Shown: positions 46,952 to 56,331 of the stretch, in pieces
Layout of the letters: every line of letters begins with the position of its first letter
How positions within the stretch are numbered: the first letter of the stretch is position 1
Virus record (IMG/VR): IMGVR_UViG_3300009174_000005
Direction: 5' to 3' (one strand)
Length of the DNA stretch: 64,000 nt
DNA from: an uncultured virus (IMG/VR IMGVR_UViG_3300009174_000005)
Lineage: Duplodnaviria; Heunggongvirae; Uroviricota; Caudoviricetes
Notes under the pieces: generated by a model
Databases searched by the model: none
What the model saw: the letters and a program-made list of their open reading frames with translations, nothing else
Told to the model about the DNA's origin: nothing
Made by a program: the position numbers and the translations under genes

Positions 46952-47337
46952 GATTTGCATATCGCATCGCTGCACAATTCCAAGTGTGGGACGTACCTTT
47001 ATGGTTGCATTCTATAACGTGGGAACAGTTTCAAACGTGGATGGATTACTATCAAGTAGAGCCATTCGGCGAAGAGCGTGCAGATCTACGCATAGCAACA
47101 TTAACCGCGTTAACGGCTAATATAAATCGCGACCCTGACGAACACCCTGATGCATACTCGCCTATTGACTTTGCACCGTTTCTGTTGCCGATAGAACAGA
47201 CACAAGAAACGGAAGAAGACGCATACGCACGTACGCTAGCACAATGGGAAGACATAAACTTACAAGCGAAAGCTCACCAATACGCTGAGAATCTATTACG
47301 GGCGGCTGCGTTAAAGCGTGAGCAAAAGGAAGCGTAA
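46909..47337 (+). CDS. tail assembly chaperone extension (gpGT-like) via -1 frameshift
   Basis: T-TTA-AAC at 46909-46915; -1 frame reads RFAYRIAAQF...W..YYQVEPFGEERADLR. Confidence 0.85.
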   Translation, partial: FKRFKRGGGYYDLLRFAYRIAAQFQVWDVPLWLHSITWEQFQTWMDYYQVEPFGEERADLRIATLTALTANINRDPDEHPDAYSPIDFAPFLLPIEQTQETEEDAYARTLAQWEDINLQAKAHQYAENLLRAAALKREQKEA

Positions 47338-47338
47338 T

Positions 47339-47704
47339 ATGGCTACGGCAATGTCAGCGGCCGGTTTAATCCGCAATATTAAACAAGCACAGGTTAGGCT
47401 ATCGCAGGCTAAAGATATTGCCGTAGCAAAGGAAGCAAAACACATACTAGACGAGTCACAAAAAGTAGTACCTGTTATAAGTGGCGATCTGAAATCGACA
47501 GGTACCGTAACACCTGTGCAACATATCGACGGCAGTACCATAGCAACAATAGAATACGGCGGAGATAAGGCCCCGTATTCCGTAATAGTGCATGAACGTT
47601 CTACAGGTCAATACCCGAAATACTTGGAACGTCCTCTACGTGCTGAATCATCCTCATCGTTAGCCCGTATGTCTACTACAGTACGTGAAAAGATCGGAGC
47701 TTAA
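47339..47704 (+). CDS. HK97 gp10-like tail/neck protein
   Basis: SQKVVPVISGDLKST, APYSVIVHE, KYLERP. Confidence 0.8.
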   Translation: MATAMSAAGLIRNIKQAQVRLSQAKDIAVAKEAKHILDESQKVVPVISGDLKSTGTVTPVQHIDGSTIATIEYGGDKAPYSVIVHERSTGQYPKYLERPLRAESSSSLARMSTTVREKIGA

Positions 47705-47709
47705 AATTA

Positions 47710-50700
47710 ATGTCTTCTGGTGGCGCTATTGACATAGGCAAGATATCTGGTGGCGTCGAGCTAACTGATCAATTTAGCGCTATAGTAGACAAATTTACAC
47801 AACAAGTAACAGGTATACAAACTAAACATAAGCAGTTATCAGATACTGTAGAAAAAGAAGCCGCTAGACAACAGGCAGCACAGCAAAAAACAGCAGCTGA
47901 GCTTGCAAAGATAATTGAATCGTACCAACGTACAGCATCGGCGCTAGACCCTACTACAGCAGCCACTAATAGATATGAAGCTGCTGCTAGATCTCTAGGT
48001 GCAGCTCATGCAGCTGGTTTAATCTCTCTCGAAAAACATAATCATCTGCTGTCAGAGGCGAAAGAACAGTACCTAAATTCCGGCCACGAAGCTACCACAC
48101 TAACCAGTATCATAGAGAAGGTAACTAGTGCATCCGGCTTATTCGGATCTGCAAGTAAAGAAGCCGCAGAGCACCTAGCACACTCTACGGAAGGTGTAAG
48201 CGCTTACGCAGCAAAACTCTCTGAATTAGGCCCTATAATTGCAGGTATTGCAGCTGCTATAGCCGTCGCAGCTGTGGGATTTGAAGCATTTAAATTTGTT
48301 ACAGAGTACTTAGTTGACGCTGTAGAGGAGGGGTTAAAAACACAAGTTATATTTAATAAACTAGAGACTGCATTACGTGCTAACGGGTCTACTGCCGGCT
48401 ATACATCTCACGAAATAATAGAGCTTAGTGATCACTTAGCATTTCTAACTGGCAAAACAAAAGAAGAAGTAGTAGCCGGCGAGACTATGCTTGCTCGGTT
48501 CCATAGTATCAGCCACGAAGCACTGCCTGAAGCAAGCAAACAAGCATTATTACTCTCTAAAATAAACGGCGATGTTGCGGGATCGTTCACACTAGTTGGT
48601 AAAGCTTTAGAAGGTTCTACTAATTCTTTTCGTGCGTTACAAGAAATCGGTGTTGTACTTCAACCGACGCAGAAGAAATTTCTCTCAGATTTAATCGCGT
48701 CTGGTAAAGAAGCCGAGTACCAAGCTACGGTATTTGCTCTACTCAAGGGACACTTAGGCGAGCTAGCAGATTCATACGGCAATACTTTACCTAGGCAAAT
48801 CGCCAACGCGCAACATATTCTAAGCAATTTTAAGGAAGCAATTGCATCTGAAATCATCCCAGCATTAGAATCGATTACTACAACTATTGTTAATTCATTC
48901 GGTGGATGGGATAAGCTAAACGAAAAGGTTGTTAAGGCAGCACATATAATAGGTAACTTCGTTCGTACTGAGTTATTTGAATTAGCTATATGGTATCAGA
49001 AGAATACAGGGGCACAGGATTTATTCTTCGCCAACATGGAGGATTGGTTAAACAAACTAATTAACTCTATTCTACGATTTGGCGAAATAATACTAATAAC
49101 AGAGAGTAAACTCCCTTCGTGGTTAGTTGGTAGTGGCGCGTCTGAGGCATTAGCCGCGTTTAAAAAGTATGAAGCTGAATCTATCAAAGCTGGTAATGAA
49201 ATGGCTGCGGCGGATCGTAAAGCCGCGCAAGAACACGCAGCTGCTCAGAAATCATTAGTTACTGCGTTTACAGAACACAAACAAGCGTTGGAAGGTACAG
49301 ATAAGCTTTATCCAACACATATAGATCACGTTGATAAACTAGCCAAGTCAACCAACGTTGCTACGTCTGCCCTAGACGTTATGCATGCTGCACTGCAAGC
49401 GTATGCAGATAAAATTGCCGATCTAACCCGTAAGCAATCCGCTCAAATATCAGCGCAAGAATTTTTAACAGATGCACTAGAACACGGTATAGCAGCCTAC
49501 ACGACAGCACAAATAGAACAAGCTAGGTCATCTGCTATTACATCAGCTTTAACACAGGTATACAGCGCGCACAGAGCAGAGATTGAAAAGTTAACAGCTG
49601 AATACACTAAATTATTAGAAGGTAAGAAAACAAAGGAGACAGTAGCAGCGGCCGAAGAAATTAAATCTGCCATTGACAAAGAAAATAAATCGTACACAGC
49701 ACAGGCAGACGAAGTAGGTAAAACAGCGGGTAAGATATTTGACCTCAAGGCTGCTAACGCAAGTAGCTTAGCCACTATTAGAGACGTTATATCGTATAGT
49801 AACACATTAGTAACCGCACAAGCAAAATTAACCGACAGCATCGCTGGAAATACAGACGCATCGCGAGAGAATGCAATACAACAGGAAACACAAGTTAGAT
49901 TTTTAGCCCAATTGACGCCTGCAATTCACGCTAATGCAGACGCTGAGCAAGCACTACACGATAAAATAGAGAACGAAGTCAGGACACGGCACAATCAAAT
50001 AGACAGTATTATAGATGCTACAACGGCACTAGCTAAATTCAACGCATTAGCTAATCAGGCTGATTTTCAAACGGCTGTATCGAGAATAGACTCTAGTGCA
50101 AGCAGTGAATTTCAGAAGTTAGAAGAGAAGTACTTATCATTTATAACAGACGGTGGGAACAAATCAGTAGCACAGGCTAAAACATTTTTAGAAGCTATTG
50201 CGACTGCTACAGGTACGACAGTAGAGCAGGTGATATCAGGTATTAAATCAAGCCTTAAAGCTATTCAAGACGCTGCTACAACAAAATCAATAAGTGATGC
50301 CGGTAAATCTGTATCTGATTTGTATCTTGAAGAGCGTAAAAACATAGAACGTGTAGTAGCTGACGGCGTCGGACATGTTATAAACATTGAAGAAAACGGT
50401 AAAAAGAAACTAGAAGAAATTGATAATAAGTTTATTAATTCTCAGTTATCGTCTTATTCGTCGGCGTTTAGTATTCTATCACAAGAATTTGGCGGAGTAT
50501 TCACCAAAATACTGCGATTTATACAGATACTACAAGAAATACAGACGCTAAAAGAAGACATTACCTCTATCATTGGAGGTTTAACTGGATTAGGGTCTAT
50601 ATTCGGCGGGACTGCTACATCTACCGTAGCGAACACATCTGCAACCGTAGCTAATACAGCTGCACTAACTGCTAATACAGCAGCCGTAGGAACGTCGTCT

Positions 50701-53700
50701 GCAACGTCTACAGGGTCTAGCGCGGCAGGTGGTTTAGGCAGCGCAGGTGGTGCAGGTGGTGCAGCTGGTGGTCTAGCTGTTGCCGCTGCAATTATAGCAG
50801 CGTACTTTGTTGGCAGTCAAATACTCAATATTCGTGATAGGCATGCATTTGGCTCCCCCGGAGCCTATAGCGTACAGAACGGACAAGGGATCGAAACCGG
50901 CGAGACCGCTATAGCAGAAGCTATCAAAGCCTTAGTCAAGAATTTTGAAACTCTCGCAGGTGTAACCGTAACATCACTAGATCAGATAGGTATTAAGGTA
51001 CAAAATAGTGGTAAAGAGTTTCGTGCATACGTAGGTGATACATTAGTAGGCACTTTTACCTCACTTCAAGAAGCTGTAGGCGTCGCGTTACAGCGGGCTT
51101 TCTCTACTGCTACTTTCTCTAAAGCGATAGATCCTGCTATAGCTGAATTAATTTCCTCCAACTATTCAACGGATTTCACACAACTAGCCGCTAATATTAA
51201 AATAGTAACAGACGCAATTAATCAAAATCTTCCACAAGTAGCTGTTAACCTCAGGAAATTAAACACAGACTTTAATACGTCAATAGCAGCAGGACTTACG
51301 GTATTTCTTACTCACGCTTCAGCGGGTTTCAAAGAGTTATTCTCTCTTGATTTAAAGGCGTGGGTTACTGGTATAGAGAATGTACGTGATAGTATCACAG
51401 GTCAAACACATTCCGCGTTTATTCTTTTCGAGCAGCAACGGCAGGCATTTAACGCTGAGAATGACGCACATCGCGCCTCGCTCTTAGCGCAGGTTGCAGA
51501 TACAAAAGCTAAACTACTAGCTGCCGGCGTAACAGTTGCCGCTATAGCACAGATTATGGGGGCTGTTACATCTGCACAAACAGGGCTAAAAGCAATCGCA
51601 GCCGCTAGTCAAGTTGCGGGTGGCCTCGGCAACGGCGGGCCCGGAAACGCAGGTCTAGGTGGAGTAGGACCTGGTATAGAAGGATACGAGAATCCCGCAA
51701 ATCGTCGCCCGGGGGGTGGTGGGCCTGGCGGTACAACTGGTGCAGGTGGCCCCGGTGCTGTATCTCCTACAATTCCCGGAATCAAAGAATTTAACACCGA
51801 TGATCTAAAAGCTTTACTAGCTGAATTAGTCAAAGAATTAGCCTCACTACCGGATGATATCAAGTCTTCTGAATTCAGCGGCAATACAGCATCGGTACAG
51901 TATTTTTCTAATATCCTTAAATCCACTAACGTAGATTTTCTAAGACTTGCTACTAATTTAGCCGCATCTGGTAAGTCTGCCACAGAGTTTACGTCGGACT
52001 TAAAAACAGATCTAGCTAATTATTCACTGACGCTTACAGATCAGCGCAATGCAATTACGGGCACTACTAGATCAGCTAAAGAAGAGCTAGAGATTAAAAA
52101 GCAACAGGGCGTAGCGTTTAACGCGCAATTAGCGCTAGACGAATCGAATCTACAGATAGCAATATTAAAACAAAAAGCAGATATTCTAGCGGGTGAGACT
52201 GCTAGAGCGTTAGCGGCTGCTAGTGTACAGAATGCCCAAGCAATGGGCAACGCTGCTGTAGGGTTGGCAGGTATAACAGCCGCTGTAGCAGGTATTACAG
52301 ACGCGCAGTTAGAAGCGATGAAGCAGAATTTAGCCGCTCTAGAGGGCGTGCTAGATGCATTGAATAAGATAAAACCTATTGATCCTAATGAAATTAAGCT
52401 CCCAAGCAGTAATAAGGGTGGCGGATCTACACAGACACCAGCACAACAGCTAAAAGCCATATTTGATGCCTTTGACAAAGCGCAGCTACCACAGCTAGCG
52501 CAGCAGATTGCAGATATCAACAAAAAATGGGACGACGCGTTAAAACTGGCAGGTAAAAATTCTGCCGCGATTCAACAGATAAACGTAGACAGAGCAAAAG
52601 AAATAGCACTATTAGAAAAGCAAGCTCGCGACACTGCCATAGCAAACGTTAATTCCTTCACGTCGCAAGGTGCTCCTCCAATTACTACACAAGTCACTTC
52701 TATACGCACAACAGCGCAAGGGCTAGTAGACGGGTTACGTGAGCTAAATAAAGAAGGTGCTTTATCCACTTCGCAATTACACTCTCTGGTAGCCGCTATA
52801 CGAGCGGCGACTATTGCCCAAATCGATGCTATAAAGAGATCTGTACTCGAGTCTATTGATACTTTTAGCAATACGTTGCTGAATGCAGGGTTGACAGGTA
52901 CGCTAGCCGGTATTGCTAAACAAGCTGAAACGTTACGCGATTCATTAAATCAACTGGCAGCAGCAGGAACACTTACAGCACAACAATTCTTTGATGCTGC
53001 TGGTAAGTTGATAACAGCAGCGCACGCACAAGAACAAGCAGCATTCAACGATAGTGCTAATTCCCTGCTCTCTAACTTATATGGTTACTTAAAAGATGAT
53101 AAGGATGCAGCAGAATTAAAATACCGTCTAACAGTTGCAAGCTTAGAGATAGATCGGGCAAAACTCGCTCTAGCTGTCCAAATGTACCAACTGGACGGCG
53201 GTATATTGGCAATAATTGATCCACTAATAGCGAAAGTTATCGCGGCTGGCCCTGAGTTATTCGCCACTGGTAAGCCTGATACGAATTTCACAGACCCGGC
53301 TACTGTTCTGTCATTAGCTGCACAACAACAGGCAGACGCGGCTAAACTAATAGCGGATGCCGCAGCCGCGTTTAAAGCGTCTACGGATAAACTCGTAGCG
53401 TACCAACAGTCACTATTAACAAATTCAGCTTTATCGCCGCTTACACCTAGTCAACAATTAGACGCGGCAAAACAACAGGTACAACAAACATACGCAGCTG
53501 GATTGTCGGGCAATATTGATGCACGTAATAACTTTGAAACCATTGCTAATACGTTTTTAGGATTGGCACGTTCACAAAATGCATCAAATAGTTCATACGG
53601 GGTAGCTTTCCAATGGATACAGGATTTACTTAATAATCTGATAGGTAGTAAGAATTTCCAAGTACCAGAGGCACCTAACGTAGTAGGCAGTACACAGTTC

Positions 53701-53961
53701 ACAGGTGCAGGTGGCACTAATAACAGCAATAGTAATATAGGTAATACAGGTGGTGGCAACAACATAGGTATAGGTAGCAATGCAAGCAGAAACGCCGCTA
53801 CTGATTATACGCCAATCGTAAGCGCCGTGTATGAGCACGCTAGACAGAATCGTGAAGACAATGGAACTATATCAAGTCGGCTATCAGCACTAAACATAAC
53901 TGTACAAGCTCAGCAAAATCAACTATCACGAGTACTAAGTGCAATAGAGCGTATTGCGTAA
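47710..53961 (+). CDS. tape measure protein
   Basis: 2083 aa, Ala-rich and helical; follows chaperones; C-terminal LSPLTP.QQL..A...Y...F motif. Confidence 0.92.
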   Translation: MSSGGAIDIGKISGGVELTDQFSAIVDKFTQQVTGIQTKHKQLSDTVEKEAARQQAAQQKTAAELAKIIESYQRTASALDPTTAATNRYEAAARSLGAAHAAGLISLEKHNHLLSEAKEQYLNSGHEATTLTSIIEKVTSASGLFGSASKEAAEHLAHSTEGVSAYAAKLSELGPIIAGIAAAIAVAAVGFEAFKFVTEYLVDAVEEGLKTQVIFNKLETALRANGSTAGYTSHEIIELSDHLAFLTGKTKEEVVAGETMLARFHSISHEALPEASKQALLLSKINGDVAGSFTLVGKALEGSTNSFRALQEIGVVLQPTQKKFLSDLIASGKEAEYQATVFALLKGHLGELADSYGNTLPRQIANAQHILSNFKEAIASEIIPALESITTTIVNSFGGWDKLNEKVVKAAHIIGNFVRTELFELAIWYQKNTGAQDLFFANMEDWLNKLINSILRFGEIILITESKLPSWLVGSGASEALAAFKKYEAESIKAGNEMAAADRKAAQEHAAAQKSLVTAFTEHKQALEGTDKLYPTHIDHVDKLAKSTNVATSALDVMHAALQAYADKIADLTRKQSAQISAQEFLTDALEHGIAAYTTAQIEQARSSAITSALTQVYSAHRAEIEKLTAEYTKLLEGKKTKETVAAAEEIKSAIDKENKSYTAQADEVGKTAGKIFDLKAANASSLATIRDVISYSNTLVTAQAKLTDSIAGNTDASRENAIQQETQVRFLAQLTPAIHANADAEQALHDKIENEVRTRHNQIDSIIDATTALAKFNALANQADFQTAVSRIDSSASSEFQKLEEKYLSFITDGGNKSVAQAKTFLEAIATATGTTVEQVISGIKSSLKAIQDAATTKSISDAGKSVSDLYLEERKNIERVVADGVGHVINIEENGKKKLEEIDNKFINSQLSSYSSAFSILSQEFGGVFTKILRFIQILQEIQTLKEDITSIIGGLTGLGSIFGGTATSTVANTSATVANTAALTANTAAVGTSSATSTGSSAAGGLGSAGGAGGAAGGLAVAAAIIAAYFVGSQILNIRDRHAFGSPGAYSVQNGQGIETGETAIAEAIKALVKNFETLAGVTVTSLDQIGIKVQNSGKEFRAYVGDTLVGTFTSLQEAVGVALQRAFSTATFSKAIDPAIAELISSNYSTDFTQLAANIKIVTDAINQNLPQVAVNLRKLNTDFNTSIAAGLTVFLTHASAGFKELFSLDLKAWVTGIENVRDSITGQTHSAFILFEQQRQAFNAENDAHRASLLAQVADTKAKLLAAGVTVAAIAQIMGAVTSAQTGLKAIAAASQVAGGLGNGGPGNAGLGGVGPGIEGYENPANRRPGGGGPGGTTGAGGPGAVSPTIPGIKEFNTDDLKALLAELVKELASLPDDIKSSEFSGNTASVQYFSNILKSTNVDFLRLATNLAASGKSATEFTSDLKTDLANYSLTLTDQRNAITGTTRSAKEELEIKKQQGVAFNAQLALDESNLQIAILKQKADILAGETARALAAASVQNAQAMGNAAVGLAGITAAVAGITDAQLEAMKQNLAALEGVLDALNKIKPIDPNEIKLPSSNKGGGSTQTPAQQLKAIFDAFDKAQLPQLAQQIADINKKWDDALKLAGKNSAAIQQINVDRAKEIALLEKQARDTAIANVNSFTSQGAPPITTQVTSIRTTAQGLVDGLRELNKEGALSTSQLHSLVAAIRAATIAQIDAIKRSVLESIDTFSNTLLNAGLTGTLAGIAKQAETLRDSLNQLAAAGTLTAQQFFDAAGKLITAAHAQEQAAFNDSANSLLSNLYGYLKDDKDAAELKYRLTVASLEIDRAKLALAVQMYQLDGGILAIIDPLIAKVIAAGPELFATGKPDTNFTDPATVLSLAAQQQADAAKLIADAAAAFKASTDKLVAYQQSLLTNSALSPLTPSQQLDAAKQQVQQTYAAGLSGNIDARNNFETIANTFLGLARSQNASNSSYGVAFQWIQDLLNNLIGSKNFQVPEAPNVVGSTQFTGAGGTNNSNSNIGNTGGGNNIGIGSNASRNAATDYTPIVSAVYEHARQNREDNGTISSRLSALNITVQAQQNQLSRVLSAIERIA

Positions 53962-53975
53962 GGAGGAGTATACAT

Positions 53976-56327
53976 TTGATACCAGGGGCAGATACACCAG
54001 GGACACTAGCAAAATCTGATATATCGCCTGAATTTGACACATCTGTTTTATCACCATTAGTAGGTTTACTCGCCGATCCTACCATAGCACGTGTTTATCT
54101 TATGATCGCGTATCCTTGGGACCCTGTCACAGGCTCGACAGTACCGGTTTATTTGTCTGATTCTGAATTTCAAACAGTGCCTAGCGACAATCCATCAAAT
54201 CAGGTATTCTTCCCTATTTTGCAGTCGGGGTATAATATTCAATTTTCATTATTCGGCACAGATAGTATAACCGCTAGGCCCAAACCTGCTTACGGCGATA
54301 TCACCATTATTAACTCTGACGGGTCTTACGATAATTTAACTAGATACAGTTGGAAAGGACGGGATATAACAATATATCTAGGTCCTGCTAATGCGCCTTT
54401 CGCTTCGTTCACTGCAATATTCAAAGGCACAGCAGCTGGTTTGACTTGGAACCTTACAACTATCAACATTCAATTAGCCGATTTACAGGCGTTATTTGCA
54501 AAACCTTTACAATCAGAACTATACACACCGTCTGCGTTAAGATTCAGCAGCTCAGCTTCAGTAGGGGGGCTAGCAACTATGGCTTCTCCATCTGGCACTA
54601 TGACTATAGAAGGGTGGGCTAAAGCTGGCACATCAGCATCTACTATTAAATGGATTGCAGGGTGGAGAAATCTAGCAGCTCCAGGGGGTAGGGGCGTGTT
54701 CTTTACCACTACAGGGGCTAATAGAGTCGCGTTTGTAGTAGCCAATAACGCGGGTACGGTATTTCAAGCTGTTGACACCGTATCACAAGCAGTCAATACA
54801 TGGTTTCATTATGCCGCTGTGCTAGATGTAGCGGGTGGTAATATGTATCTGTACATTAACCGTGTATTGCGTGCCACAACAGCTATATCAGGCGTGTGGA
54901 CCACTACTCTACCTGTGTTAGGTATAGGCAAATTCCCTGATACACCCGGCGGTAACTTTGACGGTGTAATATCTGAATTGCGCATATGGTCCACGGCAAG
55001 GTCGCTATCACAAATAGGCACTAACATGTATTTATCTTTCAACGGGACAGAAGCAAATCTATATGCTTACTACCCGATGCGCGAAGGTATGGGTACGACA
55101 ACTATCGATAAGACTATAGGCGCGCACACTATGACTATTGGTAACGCATCTTGGGATACTGGCGATTGGCAACAACCGGGAGTGTTAGGACAACCTAAAC
55201 CTGTTACAATAGGTCAAGTACCACAACGGTTGTTACGCTTAGTAGACCCTAATGCACCAGGGTCATTAGTCTATCAAGGCCACCATAGATCAATTCAAGC
55301 GTTTGACGTTGTGTACCACGCAGGTGTTCCACTGGTATTTAACACAGATTACACAGTAGACAATAACCGTGGATATGTATTTTTATTGTTCTCGCCTACT
55401 GGCAGAATAACAGCAGATATGCGAGGGGACAACGTCGGTGGATACGTTTACACACGTGCTGATATCTGTCGCCGAATAGCAGTTGTATACGGAGGTTTAA
55501 TCGATCCTGATCAAATTGATACAGACTCTATAGCACTTACTAACCTACAGGACTCTTCAGTGTACGAGTTCTGGTGTGACGACTCTAGATCAATAGGTGA
55601 TTCATTAGATATGCTAATGGACGGCGGTTGGTGGGTATTTAATAGAACAGCAATATTCAGTATAGGTGTATTGACTGCTCCTAATGATTTTTCACAAGGA
55701 CATTTAACACAGAATGACATAGTCGATAATACGATCATTAGATTATCTACACCTGAGCCGTCAAAACGTCAACGCGTAGGATATCATAGACTAGGGCAAG
55801 TTCAAGCACCTACAGAATTAGCAGGTGCGGTATCAGACGCTAATCGCTTAGCTTATGGACAAGAATATCAGTACGATACGTCTGGAGAGGATTTATCAAT
55901 ATTGACAGGATATCCACTTGCAACGGATATCCCGGTATTGACACAGCGTTACGATAAGGCATCCGCACAAGCTGAGTCACTACGTCGACAGTTGTTATAT
56001 GGCGGCAGACAGGATATCTATAAGGTGACACTTGTAAACGGTTTATTTCAGTATTGGCTAGGCGACACAGTGTCACTGACTTATGTGCAAGAAGTTGCTA
56101 ACCTGCCGGCCGGTGTCACACGCAAACGGTGGGATTTAAACAATAGATTATTCATCGTGATAGGTCTAGTTGAAGCTGTGAGCAGTAGCAGGGATATAGC
56201 AGACGTAATACAATTAACGTTGTGGGGTTTGCAGCCTCCGGGAAGCTTGTTAGTAGACGCTAATACTGGAGATGAATTGCTTATAGACGCTAGCACGGGA
56301 GACGTGCTATTGACAGGAGATAATTAA
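53976..56327 (+). CDS. tail tip/hub protein with inserted LamG (ConA-like) domain
   Basis: YGDITIINSDG, GQPKPVTIG; LamG MTIEGW...WFHYA...FDGVISELRIW. Confidence 0.8.
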   Translation: MIPGADTPGTLAKSDISPEFDTSVLSPLVGLLADPTIARVYLMIAYPWDPVTGSTVPVYLSDSEFQTVPSDNPSNQVFFPILQSGYNIQFSLFGTDSITARPKPAYGDITIINSDGSYDNLTRYSWKGRDITIYLGPANAPFASFTAIFKGTAAGLTWNLTTINIQLADLQALFAKPLQSELYTPSALRFSSSASVGGLATMASPSGTMTIEGWAKAGTSASTIKWIAGWRNLAAPGGRGVFFTTTGANRVAFVVANNAGTVFQAVDTVSQAVNTWFHYAAVLDVAGGNMYLYINRVLRATTAISGVWTTTLPVLGIGKFPDTPGGNFDGVISELRIWSTARSLSQIGTNMYLSFNGTEANLYAYYPMREGMGTTTIDKTIGAHTMTIGNASWDTGDWQQPGVLGQPKPVTIGQVPQRLLRLVDPNAPGSLVYQGHHRSIQAFDVVYHAGVPLVFNTDYTVDNNRGYVFLLFSPTGRITADMRGDNVGGYVYTRADICRRIAVVYGGLIDPDQIDTDSIALTNLQDSSVYEFWCDDSRSIGDSLDMLMDGGWWVFNRTAIFSIGVLTAPNDFSQGHLTQNDIVDNTIIRLSTPEPSKRQRVGYHRLGQVQAPTELAGAVSDANRLAYGQEYQYDTSGEDLSILTGYPLATDIPVLTQRYDKASAQAESLRRQLLYGGRQDIYKVTLVNGLFQYWLGDTVSLTYVQEVANLPAGVTRKRWDLNNRLFIVIGLVEAVSSSRDIADVIQLTLWGLQPPGSLLVDANTGDELLIDASTGDVLLTGDN

Positions 56328-56331
56328 ACCT

